Below the pieces are notes generated by a model that worked only from the letters and a program-made list of their open reading frames with translations, was not told the origin of the DNA and did not search any database. A DNA stretch of 64,000 nt from a virus: the IMG/VR virus record IMGVR_UViG_3300028558_000001, positions 64,001 through 128,000 of that record, one strand, 5' to 3'. The position numbers were made by a program, and so were the translations under genes. Shown in pieces: positions 10,015-20,733 of this stretch (its first letter is position 1; each line of letters opens with the position of its first letter).

Positions 10015-13000
10015 TCAAAATTTAATGATAAGCTTAATTTCTTCTTTTGATACCAATGATTTCGTAATTGGCGCAATATCATTAATATAAATTACCTTAC
10101 CAGTATTTCTAATTAGATCAGGATATTCCATTGTATTCTGGAAGGTAGAATATCCAACAGCACCGGAAGTATTTCCAATAAAGCTATTGGTAGTCTGGAA
10201 TGTTCCATTAACATCGTTCAGACGTAATACTGGATATGTATTAGAAATTGTTCCATTTGCAGTCAAAGTAGTAATAGTATTATTTGTAGACCATGCAGAT
10301 GAATTTGAAATCAATTTAATATATGTAGTATTAGCGAATGTAATTACACCATTTGCACCAGTATTAGCATTGGTTAGGACCAATCCTTTGGTAAATACGC
10401 CAGTATTTGCAGTATATAGTAAATCAATTTCATCAGAGGTTGAAATAATTCTTCCAGATGCACCGCTTATGGCTTGGTTAATGTATTCATTATTTGCAAA
10501 TACTCCAGAATTTGAAGACAAGGTAATTCTAGCAGTCTGATTAAATCTTACACCAAAATTATTTGTTACATCTACTGTATTATTTGATATAGCAACGTTA
10601 GCAACAGTAGCATAAGTATTTGAATTATAATCAATAAGAGTATCATTTGCAGAAATGATACCAGAGACGTTACTTAGACGAATATGGTTTTGATCAATAA
10701 CCTGTGTTATTGTGGCAGTGGCCCAAGAAGTTCCATCAGATACAGACTCTACGTTTGAACTAATAGAGAATGATGTAACGTTTGCAGATACAACATTTGA
10801 TGTTGCACCAGAAGTCAACCCAACAACATTTGCTCCTGTTACATATGTTCCCTGTACGTTTGCCAATTCAATGAATGATGAATTAGAATATACCAAGATG
10901 CCACAAGCATTAGAAGAAGGCTGAGTAACGAATTCGTTAACAACATAGTTCGTTAACATATTTGAAACATTCAATTTAACGCGAGAGAAATTGTTTACGG
11001 TTAGATATACGTCATTAAATGATGGATTCTTAATGATACCTGCACGTCTGTAACTTCCATATGTAGGAAATTTATATAGTTCATTAGATGAAGTATCGAA
11101 TGTTAGTGATACACCAGCATATGTTGCTCCTAGTTCTGAGTATACATCAGAACCATGACCAGTAATTGGGCTTACAGAGGCATATACAGCGGCATTTGAA
11201 CCAAATAAGCCATTTGCTTCGATAGTAACATTTGCATATGTATAGTTGTTACCGGAATTAAGGAGTATGATGTTATCAATCTCATATGATGAATATTGGT
11301 TTGTATTACATACACAATAAGCAGCCGCGCCTACGCCATCACCCACAATATTAACAGTTGGTGAAATAATATATTCTGTTAGGCTATTTGGTGAAGTAGA
11401 AAATGTCAGAACTGTTGCATTTGCAACTAACTGACCAAGATTAGAAATAATATTTATGGGCTGTCCAGAAGTAAATGCTCCAGAAGTAGATGATACCGTA
11501 ATATTAGGGAAGCTATTCATGTTTGCAATACGTGAATTTAAGGTAGATGACTGACCTGTAATGTACGTATTGACAGAGAACACTCCCTGAATGTTATTCA
11601 GAACTAAGGTTGAGGAATTAGCAAAAATAACAGTTCCGTTTGCTGATAAATCTACACCAGTTGAAGTGAAACACTTAACTATTTCACCATTAATATATGA
11701 TAGATTTGGTGAAGATACCGTATCAAATGTTAGCTTAATAGAAGATAAGTTTGTCTGAGTGATTGTACCAACAGTGTCGGTAACAGTCAATGAGGTTGGT
11801 TCTAGAGCAGATGTAACAGCATAGTGAACATTAGCAGAGAATGAATTATAAAATGGTACTGATACAGTAATAATTGATGAGTTAACAGCAGTAATTCTTC
11901 TAATATTGTTGTTAGTGTCTGAACCAACTCTAATATATTGATTTACTGCATAATCGGTAGTAAACTGAGTACCAGAGATTGCGGTAATTTGGTTATTACC
12001 ATTAGTCACAGTAACCGTACCGTTTTTAATACTACCACCTTGATTAGTATTAAAAATTGGAGTATTATTAGAAACGTTAAAATATGTATTTGAAGTTTTG
12101 TAAATATTTACAACAGAAGAGTTGGCAGAAATTACCGCGCCTGTAGCGCCATTATCTGTCTGATATACTGTATCGTTGACATTAAAAAATCCAGACTGAT
12201 ATACATATGCAATAGAATCTGTTCTCTGTTCTACTGATTGACCAGTCTGAATTGTTCCGTTAATATTTCCTAGATTTAAATTAACGTAAACATTAAATGG
12301 AGTATATACAGTTACTAACTTACTGGAACCAGAGTATGATGCAATCTTTCTGATCTGACCAGAACCAAATCCACTCTTAAAGTAGATTGATGAATTTGCA
12401 TAAAAATTATCAAGACTAGAAGCAGTATTGGCAACCTGTACTGAATATTGGTTAACAAATGACTGTAGTATTCCATCATGATATGCTTGATAATTAGAAC
12501 CAGAATTAGTGATATTTAAATTATCAATGGTGCCGGGAATGGCAGATGCAGCAACATTAACATCTTGTAAAACAGGAACGAATTGTGCTGTGGCAAAGTT
12601 ACTATAGCTGATTGAATCAATAGTATACATATACTTCCATAGATAACCGTCACCAGTAGAAAATGTTCCAGATGGTGAAGTTAGAAATGGCTTGATGGTA
12701 GATGGAGCGCCATTATTATTATCAAGGCATTTATATACTTGATTTGAATCGTTAACAACATAAAACTGCTTAGTAAATAACAAACTGTCAGTTGGATCAT
12801 ATTGAGCATATACTACATTAGAAGTCCAAGGATAGTTTGGAATCATAAATGAAATATTAGAAGCATTTAACAATTTACCATAAGTCATGTCATGGTAAAT
12901 TGATTGCTCGTATTCATAATATGAATTTACAGCAGATGGAGGACTAGTATCGTTTGTCCAAGGATTAGTGCGCCCCATGAAAACGTAATAGTTATTCTCA

Positions 13001-13068
13001 GTATTCGTTAAATCATTTATTAGATTTTGAATAACGTTAACATAGTGCTGATTGGTAAGTATTGCCAT
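10015..13068 (-). CDS. gp8: Baseplate wedge subunit gp8 (extended)
   Basis: YYVFMGRTNPW, FYVVND..VYKCLDNNNG, DGYLWKYMYTI and C-terminal EEIKLIIKF motifs; synteny gp6-gp7-gp8. Confidence 0.8.
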   Translation of the reverse strand: MAILTNQHYVNVIQNLINDLTNTENNYYVFMGRTNPWTNDTSPPSAVNSYYEYEQSIYHDMTYGKLLNASNISFMIPNYPWTSNVVYAQYDPTDSLLFTKQFYVVNDSNQVYKCLDNNNGAPSTIKPFLTSPSGTFSTGDGYLWKYMYTIDSISYSNFATAQFVPVLQDVNVAASAIPGTIDNLNITNSGSNYQAYHDGILQSFVNQYSVQVANTASSLDNFYANSSIYFKSGFGSGQIRKIASYSGSSKLVTVYTPFNVYVNLNLGNINGTIQTGQSVEQRTDSIAYVYQSGFFNVNDTVYQTDNGATGAVISANSSVVNIYKTSNTYFNVSNNTPIFNTNQGGSIKNGTVTVTNGNNQITAISGTQFTTDYAVNQYIRVGSDTNNNIRRITAVNSSIITVSVPFYNSFSANVHYAVTSALEPTSLTVTDTVGTITQTNLSSIKLTFDTVSSPNLSYINGEIVKCFTSTGVDLSANGTVIFANSSTLVLNNIQGVFSVNTYITGQSSTLNSRIANMNSFPNITVSSTSGAFTSGQPINIISNLGQLVANATVLTFSTSPNSLTEYIISPTVNIVGDGVGAAAYCVCNTNQYSSYEIDNIILLNSGNNYTYANVTIEANGLFGSNAAVYASVSPITGHGSDVYSELGATYAGVSLTFDTSSNELYKFPTYGSYRRAGIIKNPSFNDVYLTVNNFSRVKLNVSNMLTNYVVNEFVTQPSSNACGILVYSNSSFIELANVQGTYVTGANVVGLTSGATSNVVSANVTSFSISSNVESVSDGTSWATATITQVIDQNHIRLSNVSGIISANDTLIDYNSNTYATVANVAISNNTVDVTNNFGVRFNQTARITLSSNSGVFANNEYINQAISGASGRIISTSDEIDLLYTANTGVFTKGLVLTNANTGANGVITFANTTYIKLISNSSAWSTNNTITTLTANGTISNTYPVLRLNDVNGTFQTTNSFIGNTSGAVGYSTFQNTMEYPDLIRNTGKVIYINDIAPITKSLVSKEEIKLIIKF

Positions 13069-13097
13069 TTCTATCCTGTTAATCCTTGATTAAGTTC

Positions 13098-15221
13098 TTA
13101 TAATCCGAAAGTAAATACTGGCACGTAACCACTATTATATGTTACAGTAAAGTTTACGCCATTGGCGGCATATGTTACTGAGGTATTTGCGACTCCAACA
13201 CTAGTATTTATTTCATTATCTACTAATGCTGACGTAGAATTTAGTTCCATGTCCCTCAAAGAGTATTTACCAAATAATTTCATACCGCATGGATGAACAA
13301 AATCTTCAACTAATTGTTGATATGTAGATAACATTCGTGGAGCAATTAGTTCATATGAGTAAGCCTGATAATAATCAGAGTCTTGTAGATAATTTGTAGA
13401 AGATAATATACCCTTATTATCTTTATAATAACCTGCTGATACACCATTCAAATCAACTACTGCTACGCCTGACACGGATGTTACATTATTTGATGTTAGA
13501 GAAACAATTTCATTTGGTTGATAACCAAATCCAGAATCAATTACCTGAACACCACCAATAATACCAGAAGCCGAATTAGCAGTAGCAGATACCACGGCAT
13601 CAGAACCCCAAAATCCACCAGAACCATCAGAAATCATTAATGGAGAGATAGCAGTATCAACAATACTTACAGTTGGACTAGATGAATAACCAATACCGGG
13701 ATTGATGTTATTTAGATATGATATTTTACCAATAATCATTGTGGTAAATGTTAGGGCATTTTGAATTTGAGTATCTAGATTCTCAATATCTGGAATATTA
13801 ACAGCAGGGAAACCCCAATTAGTTTGTCTGTTTGATGATGTAATAGTAGCAATAGCGCCAGAAGTTGCGCCACTAATGCTGATATTATTAACAAAGTGAC
13901 CGTTGGTAGTATTAAGAGAAACTGATGTAGAATTAGTTGCCGTGACAATACCATTTGCAACAAGAGTTGTTTTAGCTATGGTTGAATTGATCGTAATAAC
14001 ATTATTATTTGAACTGACTAGGGTAATTCCGGTATGTGGTAATGGATCAATCTTAGCTAAGGAAGTATTATTACCAGAAACTAGAATATAGCTTCCTTGT
14101 GATTCATCAACTGTTAATCCAGCAATTGATAATGTGGTATTTGATAAAGTTTCTCCGCTTACAATTGTATTACCTGATACATACTTTACGTCCAAACCAA
14201 CGACGTTGGCGGATGAGTTAACTGTTTCTCCGATAGAGAATGTTCCACTTAGGCCGGTATAATATAAAATATAACCATATGATGGAATTTCTAACTGAGT
14301 GCCATTATATGTATTGGCAATATCGGAGTTTAAGTAATATACTTGTTTATCTAATAGACCACCAATAGAGAAGGTTGCCCCTGAACCACCGCCACCAGTA
14401 ACAGAAATAACAGCATTTGCTGAATAACCAAATCCACCATTAAGAAGCTGGAAAGAGACCTTACCGTTTTGTGTTAAGGTACTAGTAACTATGGCTTTAG
14501 CTCCACTACCAGTACCATTAACGCTCAATACGTCGCCAACATTATAATTAGCACCACCCTGTACGATAGAAACAGTAGATAATGAACCGAAAATGATAGG
14601 GGCAAGTGATACATTCATTCCAGAAATATCATCTGAAAGAACTAACTCTCCATAAGCAAATTTACCATTAATATTAGATAGAATTAGCACATTAATTAAT
14701 CTATTATTAATGTTTTTAATTACATACTGTTCTACAATAGCATTCGCATTGGTTGTAGTTCCAGTAATTTTGGTTCCAACTAATTGTTCTAGATATGGTG
14801 AATCTGAAACTTCAATGTACTGAGGAACAACCCATGTTCCGTCAGATGCTTTTAGGATAGATTCAGATGGGATATTAATGTCTACATCTTCATTGAATAC
14901 CATACGAAATAGGAGTTGGGTGGCTCTAAAAGAACCCTTTGCCTTATAAAATTCATTAATATGTTTTACTAAAAGTCTTTTATCAGATAGAATATTCGCT
15001 GGAAGACCGTTTAGATATGTGTCAGTAAAATATGATAAAAAGCTATCTAACGTGTTATCAATGTCTGTATAATCAGCAATTGATCTTATTAAATAATTAA
15101 CGTTTCCTTCTTGTTCCATCCACTCATAATATGCTTGCATGAATGCAACCAGATTAGGGCCATCTGTTCTATAAATTTCTGGAAATTGCTTAGCAATTAG
15201 TGGAGAAATTATTTTATCCAT
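13098..15221 (-). CDS. gp7: Baseplate wedge initiator gp7-like
   Basis: QFPE..R.DGPNLVAF..AYYEWME, FYKAKGS, QDSDYYQAYSY, VHPCG motifs. Confidence 0.75.
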   Translation of the reverse strand: MDKIISPLIAKQFPEIYRTDGPNLVAFMQAYYEWMEQEGNVNYLIRSIADYTDIDNTLDSFLSYFTDTYLNGLPANILSDKRLLVKHINEFYKAKGSFRATQLLFRMVFNEDVDINIPSESILKASDGTWVVPQYIEVSDSPYLEQLVGTKITGTTTNANAIVEQYVIKNINNRLINVLILSNINGKFAYGELVLSDDISGMNVSLAPIIFGSLSTVSIVQGGANYNVGDVLSVNGTGSGAKAIVTSTLTQNGKVSFQLLNGGFGYSANAVISVTGGGGSGATFSIGGLLDKQVYYLNSDIANTYNGTQLEIPSYGYILYYTGLSGTFSIGETVNSSANVVGLDVKYVSGNTIVSGETLSNTTLSIAGLTVDESQGSYILVSGNNTSLAKIDPLPHTGITLVSSNNNVITINSTIAKTTLVANGIVTATNSTSVSLNTTNGHFVNNISISGATSGAIATITSSNRQTNWGFPAVNIPDIENLDTQIQNALTFTTMIIGKISYLNNINPGIGYSSSPTVSIVDTAISPLMISDGSGGFWGSDAVVSATANSASGIIGGVQVIDSGFGYQPNEIVSLTSNNVTSVSGVAVVDLNGVSAGYYKDNKGILSSTNYLQDSDYYQAYSYELIAPRMLSTYQQLVEDFVHPCGMKLFGKYSLRDMELNSTSALVDNEINTSVGVANTSVTYAANGVNFTVTYNSGYVPVFTFGL

Positions 15222-16981
15222 TATAGATTTACGACCTGTACAGAAATTGTTGTTGGATCAATTTGCAGTATTGTATTATTTTGTCCATAAATGTCTTTGG
15301 ATTTTGAAGTAGCATAGAAAACTACGCCGGGAGAATTCAAGTAGTCATTTACAGTTATGGCACTCGTAGAAACTACACCAGTATCGTAATTAACATTTCC
15401 AATTTTAGAATAAATTGAAGGGCTGGTATAATTGACAAGATACAACGTTCCATCTGTAGCTACACCGCTTACTGTATCAGTGATGTAATAGCTAATGCCA
15501 CTAGAAAGAAAATTTGGAGTAAAAACTGATCCCGAAGTAATTGCATTATAGAAATTCATAGTACAACTATATGGAGTGTTTAGAGTTGCTTCAATCTGTA
15601 TTTTCATAGTAACAGTTGTTTCATTGGATAGAATATATTGATCTAGGGAATCAATCATGTCTGTTAGTTTAGAGAATCTTAGAGTAGTATCAAATTTATT
15701 TAGATTAGTAGTATTAAAATTGATGATACCATTAGAAACGATGCTCTGATATTCTGGGATAGTTAATGATGTATTAGAAATATCTACATGAAGTAAAGTA
15801 GATACATCTAGAAGCATGTCGCTTGGATCAACCATGACTGGAGAAATACCTACTGTATTTCTTTGTGAAATGAAATTAACTACATCTGCTTTTTGAGATA
15901 GTGAAATTGGTTCACCGGCAGTATTGATAACTGATATAAAAACTCTACCATAATCAACAGAAGTAGAGGTAGCAGTTCCGCCGTATACGTTAACATCTGA
16001 AACGTTCTGGAAATTTTCTTTAATTAGTTGCTTATAATCAGATGCAACTACTGCTCTATTCTGCGCCTTTGATGAATTAATGGCATTGAATTTAATAGAG
16101 TTAATATCTTCTGATGCACCACCACCAGAAGATGGACTTACAACATTAATTGTCAATGAATTAATAGTTGTGTTATTAATAGCTCCTAAGTTATCTGATA
16201 GAGTAAATGTTGTTACGCCATCTGCATCTGGACCAGCACACATTCTATATGTAGCCTGAATGACAGAATTGTTTAATGGTCTATGGCCGGTAACTCCATC
16301 ACCAAATACGATAGTGTACTTATCATCTGTTGATGCTTGAATAAAATAAATGTAAGAATTTGAATCAATCCCGAATAGATCACTCTGTAGTGATAGAGTA
16401 TATGTATTACCATTCTCAGTTAAGTAAACTGTTAGACTATCAGTATCAATATTTGGGTTTGATAAATCAAAAGATTGATTTTCATTGGTGTAATCTACAA
16501 CGAATGTTTCCGTAGTATAAAATCCATCATATACTGTTAGTGATGGAATATTGAAATAACCATTAGAAGAGAAATATATAGAATTTTCATTGGTCATGAA
16601 CTGATATGATGAATTACTATTCAGCCCGGAAAATCTTAATCCTGCTGGTAATTCTAGGCTATTTGTATTTGAGGTCTGAATCTGTAAATTCAGAATAGCC
16701 TCTGATGACTTCATAGAGCGAGGAAGATATTGCATTTCCTTAACTCTAGAAATTACAGAATTCTTCAATTGAGCAGTATCTAGAAATGATTCTGAGAACA
16801 TCATATTCATATAGAATGCATTCTGATACGTATTCTGTGCTAGAATATCTAGTAATACATTCATAGTTGATCCAGTAAAATCATAATCCTTAAAAATCGT
16901 CTGTGATTTAAGGTAAGTGATTAGATTTTGTTTATATGTATCTGGGTCTAGTACAGCAAAAGAAGGTGAACTATTAGCCAT
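15221..16981 (-). CDS. gp6: Baseplate wedge subunit gp6
   Basis: FKDYDFTGS.MNVLLDILA.NT, ESFLDTAQL, FGDGVTG, QNRAVVASDY motifs. Confidence 0.92.
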   Translation of the reverse strand: MANSSPSFAVLDPDTYKQNLITYLKSQTIFKDYDFTGSTMNVLLDILAQNTYQNAFYMNMMFSESFLDTAQLKNSVISRVKEMQYLPRSMKSSEAILNLQIQTSNTNSLELPAGLRFSGLNSNSSYQFMTNENSIYFSSNGYFNIPSLTVYDGFYTTETFVVDYTNENQSFDLSNPNIDTDSLTVYLTENGNTYTLSLQSDLFGIDSNSYIYFIQASTDDKYTIVFGDGVTGHRPLNNSVIQATYRMCAGPDADGVTTFTLSDNLGAINNTTINSLTINVVSPSSGGGASEDINSIKFNAINSSKAQNRAVVASDYKQLIKENFQNVSDVNVYGGTATSTSVDYGRVFISVINTAGEPISLSQKADVVNFISQRNTVGISPVMVDPSDMLLDVSTLLHVDISNTSLTIPEYQSIVSNGIINFNTTNLNKFDTTLRFSKLTDMIDSLDQYILSNETTVTMKIQIEATLNTPYSCTMNFYNAITSGSVFTPNFLSSGISYYITDTVSGVATDGTLYLVNYTSPSIYSKIGNVNYDTGVVSTSAITVNDYLNSPGVVFYATSKSKDIYGQNNTILQIDPTTISVQVVNL

Positions 16982-16997
16982 TTATTATTTTTACCTT

Positions 16998-17417
16998 TTA
17001 ACGAAGACGTTTAAGAATTAATGATAGTGTTATCGGAGCAGGGTTGTTTACTAATGAAAATGTCAGAGATACATTTAAATAATTTTCATCTGAACTTGGC
17101 GAAACATCTAGAGAAACAATCTTTACGCGAGGTTCATTGAATTCAATTGTATTTGTTATAGCGAATTTTATAGTATTTATCCCAATATCAACGTTCTGTT
17201 CGAACAATTGGCGCTTAACATCTGATCCAATAGTAGAATCATACCATCTTTCCCCAAGATTTGTTAGGATAAGACATTTTAGTGACTGCTTAATCGCCTG
17301 TTCATTAGTAACAACAGCAAGTCCATTAGATAATGGATTCATATCAAGGTTCATTGGTATATCAGAGAAATATACCTCTTGCTTTTTATTTGGTGTAATG
17401 AAATCAGAACGACTCAA
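16998..17417 (-). CDS. gp25: Baseplate wedge subunit gp25
   Basis: AIKQSLKCLILTNLGER...GS...EPRV motifs; upstream of gp6. Confidence 0.9.
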   Translation of the reverse strand: MSRSDFITPNKKQEVYFSDIPMNLDMNPLSNGLAVVTNEQAIKQSLKCLILTNLGERWYDSTIGSDVKRQLFEQNVDIGINTIKFAITNTIEFNEPRVKIVSLDVSPSSDENYLNVSLTFSLVNNPAPITLSLILKRLR

Positions 17418-17431
17418 TGTAGTATCCTTAT

Positions 17432-18175
17432 TTAAGAAATATTGACTTTTCCAGAAGCAGTAAGATCAATGTCGCCTCCGTCAGCCTTAAGAGTAATTTT
17501 ACCAGATGATTCAACCATAATATCACCAGCAGCAGTTTTAATCGTTACAGTTTGTGCATTAATAGTAGTAGTACCAGATGCCTTGACGGTAAAATTTTGA
17601 CATGCTAGTTGATAATTTCCATTGACTTTAATATCATAGTTTCCTTCAACATATGATCCTTTTTCTGATGCACAGTGTTCATATCTAACACCAGAAATAA
17701 ATTCGATAGAATCACCATCTGTTGAATGGTGAATAGAACCATCATGAGCGGTAACAGTATCTCCAGACGAACTTTGTTCATTGCCGTGCTTGGCATGTTG
17801 GTAGCCAGAAGCACCAGAAACACTAATTACAGACTGTCCTACTGCACCTGATACCGTTCCGCCATGCTCGGAATGATGATCACCATCCGTTTGTTTAACT
17901 GATGATCCGGCAATCTTAGTGTGATGATTGCCTTCTGTTGTGCTTGTCGTGCCGCCTTGGTTGTAATTATGAACTGTATTAGTAGAAAAGTGTTTCCAGC
18001 TTCCATCAGATGCAAATTCATGATAAGAACCTGTCTTATGTCCCCAACCTAAACTCTCAGAACCGGGAGTAGAATCTTGACGATGCCAAGAACCGTCTCT
18101 AAATTGATAGAAATCAACGTAGGGATATGTACCATTATTTGCTAAATCAGGAAGTTTCTGATTTTTATCTGTCAT
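17432..18175 (-). CDS. Baseplate central spike gp5, C-terminal beta-helix part
   Basis: YPY...DSTPGSE...HKTGSYHE..DG followed by VxGxxxxx-type repeats (YVEGNYDIKVNGNY). Confidence 0.75.
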   Translation of the reverse strand: MTDKNQKLPDLANNGTYPYVDFYQFRDGSWHRQDSTPGSESLGWGHKTGSYHEFASDGSWKHFSTNTVHNYNQGGTTSTTEGNHHTKIAGSSVKQTDGDHHSEHGGTVSGAVGQSVISVSGASGYQHAKHGNEQSSSGDTVTAHDGSIHHSTDGDSIEFISGVRYEHCASEKGSYVEGNYDIKVNGNYQLACQNFTVKASGTTTINAQTVTIKTAAGDIMVESSGKITLKADGGDIDLTASGKVNIS

Positions 18176-19512
18176 TTAAATAGTGTTCCTACAACCGATT
18201 TAATTTGGTTTATCTGTGCTGTTGGTAGATTTAAACCAAGACCATTTACAATATTTACCATATTTCCATTGAGCATACTCGCGGCTGGAGAACAGGCCAA
18301 TTCGGCAAGAGCTTTTTTACCAGACTCAGGCATTTTAAGAATTGCTTGGTTCTTGGCAAATTTCTGTAACGCTTGTTGTACTGTGCTAACATTTAATACA
18401 GAATTTGGTAAATGATCTGTGTTAGTTTTCTGAATTAAGTTACCAATTACTGGAATTAATTGTGCGACGTTATTCAGAATATTTCCCTGAGTGATACCAG
18501 AACCTAATGAATTAGACGTTGTTGCGTCATTCATCTGTGAAATATATTGTTGAATTAATGCTTCAAGAGTTAAATCTGTTAAAGTACCAGAGTTAATTAA
18601 ATTTAATAGATCACTAGCAAATTGACTTCCCTGTGATTGAACAATAGACTGAACATCTGGAGTGTAGCTAGTTTGTGTTTCTAACTGCATTAATGCTGAA
18701 TAGATAACTTGTCTTGAAGTATCTGAAATATTAGTTGAATTTAGAGCATTAACTAATGCTTGAATAATGTACTCCATTGACGTAGAAGATGCCGCCTGTG
18801 AAATACCAGATGATACAGATGATCCAGTTGTTTGAATATTCCCCATTGGAGAAGATATATTCATTAACTGTTTTAATTTTGTTAGAGCCTGTACAGCCTG
18901 TGGTAGTGATGCTGATAGATTGTTTGGATCGACTTGCTGTAATTGTCCTAGAACAGATTGTACAGAGCCGGGGAGAGAAGCAATAGTTGGTGCTGTTCCT
19001 AATTTAGTAACTTGTTTTGCTAATGCAACAATATCTCTAGCATCATTATCTGTTGTTGCTGGCGGCATATTGCTTCCGCTATCATCATTCTTAATATTCT
19101 TATTAGCTCTTGTTGAGAATGCATTATTAGCAACTCTTGCACCGGGAGGGGTGGAATTGGTTTTAGGATCAACTTGAACCTGTCCATTTACCGTAGTTCC
19201 AGCAACAGGATCGCCTGATTTTGCAATTGTTCCGAGCATGATTGGATATTGATGATCTGCATCTAAGAACATACCAAATACAGTAGAACCTTTTATAACT
19301 CCTACGGGAGCGGAACCAATTTGATTGTGTGCGGCTGATTTAATATTTTGAAGTGGAATACCCCAAGGATAATCGGATTCAGGAATACCAGCAGGATCAT
19401 CATATTTTCCATGAATCTTTAACTGTACTCTACCAGCTTTATCTTTATCATCTAAATTATGAACTTCTGCAATGAAGAATGAGCCGCCTTGTCCAAAGTT
19501 ACGATCAGTCAT
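18172..19512 (-). CDS. Baseplate hub gp5 N-terminal OB-fold protein with novel C-terminal region
   Basis: FFIAEV...D...GRVQLKIHG...PW..P...GSTVFGMFLD...PIMLGTI is the gp5 OB-fold; no T4 lysozyme motif follows. Confidence 0.75.
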   Translation of the reverse strand: MTDRNFGQGGSFFIAEVHNLDDKDKAGRVQLKIHGKYDDPAGIPESDYPWGIPLQNIKSAAHNQIGSAPVGVIKGSTVFGMFLDADHQYPIMLGTIAKSGDPVAGTTVNGQVQVDPKTNSTPPGARVANNAFSTRANKNIKNDDSGSNMPPATTDNDARDIVALAKQVTKLGTAPTIASLPGSVQSVLGQLQQVDPNNLSASLPQAVQALTKLKQLMNISSPMGNIQTTGSSVSSGISQAASSTSMEYIIQALVNALNSTNISDTSRQVIYSALMQLETQTSYTPDVQSIVQSQGSQFASDLLNLINSGTLTDLTLEALIQQYISQMNDATTSNSLGSGITQGNILNNVAQLIPVIGNLIQKTNTDHLPNSVLNVSTVQQALQKFAKNQAILKMPESGKKALAELACSPAASMLNGNMVNIVNGLGLNLPTAQINQIKSVVGTLFK

Positions 19513-19515
19513 CTA

Positions 19516-20733
19516 TTAAACTCCATTTTCCAATGAACCCTTAATACATTCAATATAGTCTACATAACGTGGTCTATCCGTAGCAGAACCAATCTCACGA
19601 TGAATTCTAGAGACTAAGAAATTACCGGAAATAAGAGGATCATTTGGAACATTAGTTGTTATTGCTACTTTCTGTGGTAGATTTAAATATATAACATCAC
19701 CGGCTTTGACTTTAGTATCTCCATTAACTTTTAACTTAACTGCGATCTGAGACATGTCAGCGACATATGCCATTTGATTTGGAGTAGTTTGATCAATATG
19801 TGTGTTCTGTCTATTATTTGAATCAACTGGAATGAAGCTGAATAGGCCAGCAGTTGCGCCAAATAAGCTTTTAAAAGTATTTGAGTTGAAACCACCAGTA
19901 CCGCCGACCCCATTACTTTGGTCTGGAGTTACAGTTTTAGTGACATACTGCCTTGTTCTAAAATCATATGTAGATACTTTTTGAGAAAGAGCGCCCATAT
20001 TAACACGATCAATAGCATCTGCCTGTTTAATAACTTCAAATGAAATTATGTTAGCATCCGTCAAGCTGGTTAGCGTTGATCCAACAGAATCGCTTTGATA
20101 GAAAGTTTTAACTGGACCTTGTGAAAATAGGTATTCCATTGTCTTGAAATGAAATCCAACAGCATTTTCAAAATATAGATAGGATGAAGATTTAGAAGTA
20201 GATGATGTTGCTCTGCGTCTAATCATATCAATTGCTTCATATGGCTTTTTATTAGGAACAACAATTTTTTGCGTTCCATCCGTTGCCTCTGTAGAAATTG
20301 ATTTAGAACTCTTCAAAAATGTTTTATGAATATCTGAAATGATAGACGAAATAAGATCATTATATGACTTAGATACATAATTAGCTTTTGCATGGATAGC
20401 TTCAATAGATACGCATCTTAGCGTATAGACCTTGGCTTTCATTATTCCTAAATCTTTATTGTTCTCAACTGAATTTAAATGAAATGTGTAATCAAGCACG
20501 TCGCCACCGGGAGCGGCAAAGGAAAACTCAACAGTCTCATCGCCAACTATTTTTAGATTACCTAATGAATCATCCATATCAAGAACGTTAATATCACATA
20601 CAATGCCGGGAGTGAAAATAGATTCATAGACTGACGCCATAACGAAACAGTTACCTAGATTAAGTGTTCCTCTTTCACAAGTTAACATAAGTGTATATAT
20701 TAAAATGTCGCCGGGATTAAAACTATTTCCCAT
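19516..20733 (-). CDS. Baseplate hub protein (gp27-like)
   Basis: YESIFTP, YLYFEN..GFHFK, GD..VKAGDVI, SGNFLVSRIH motifs; position between gp53 and gp5. Confidence 0.7.
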   Translation of the reverse strand: MGNSFNPGDILIYTLMLTCERGTLNLGNCFVMASVYESIFTPGIVCDINVLDMDDSLGNLKIVGDETVEFSFAAPGGDVLDYTFHLNSVENNKDLGIMKAKVYTLRCVSIEAIHAKANYVSKSYNDLISSIISDIHKTFLKSSKSISTEATDGTQKIVVPNKKPYEAIDMIRRRATSSTSKSSSYLYFENAVGFHFKTMEYLFSQGPVKTFYQSDSVGSTLTSLTDANIISFEVIKQADAIDRVNMGALSQKVSTYDFRTRQYVTKTVTPDQSNGVGGTGGFNSNTFKSLFGATAGLFSFIPVDSNNRQNTHIDQTTPNQMAYVADMSQIAVKLKVNGDTKVKAGDVIYLNLPQKVAITTNVPNDPLISGNFLVSRIHREIGSATDRPRYVDYIECIKGSLENGV

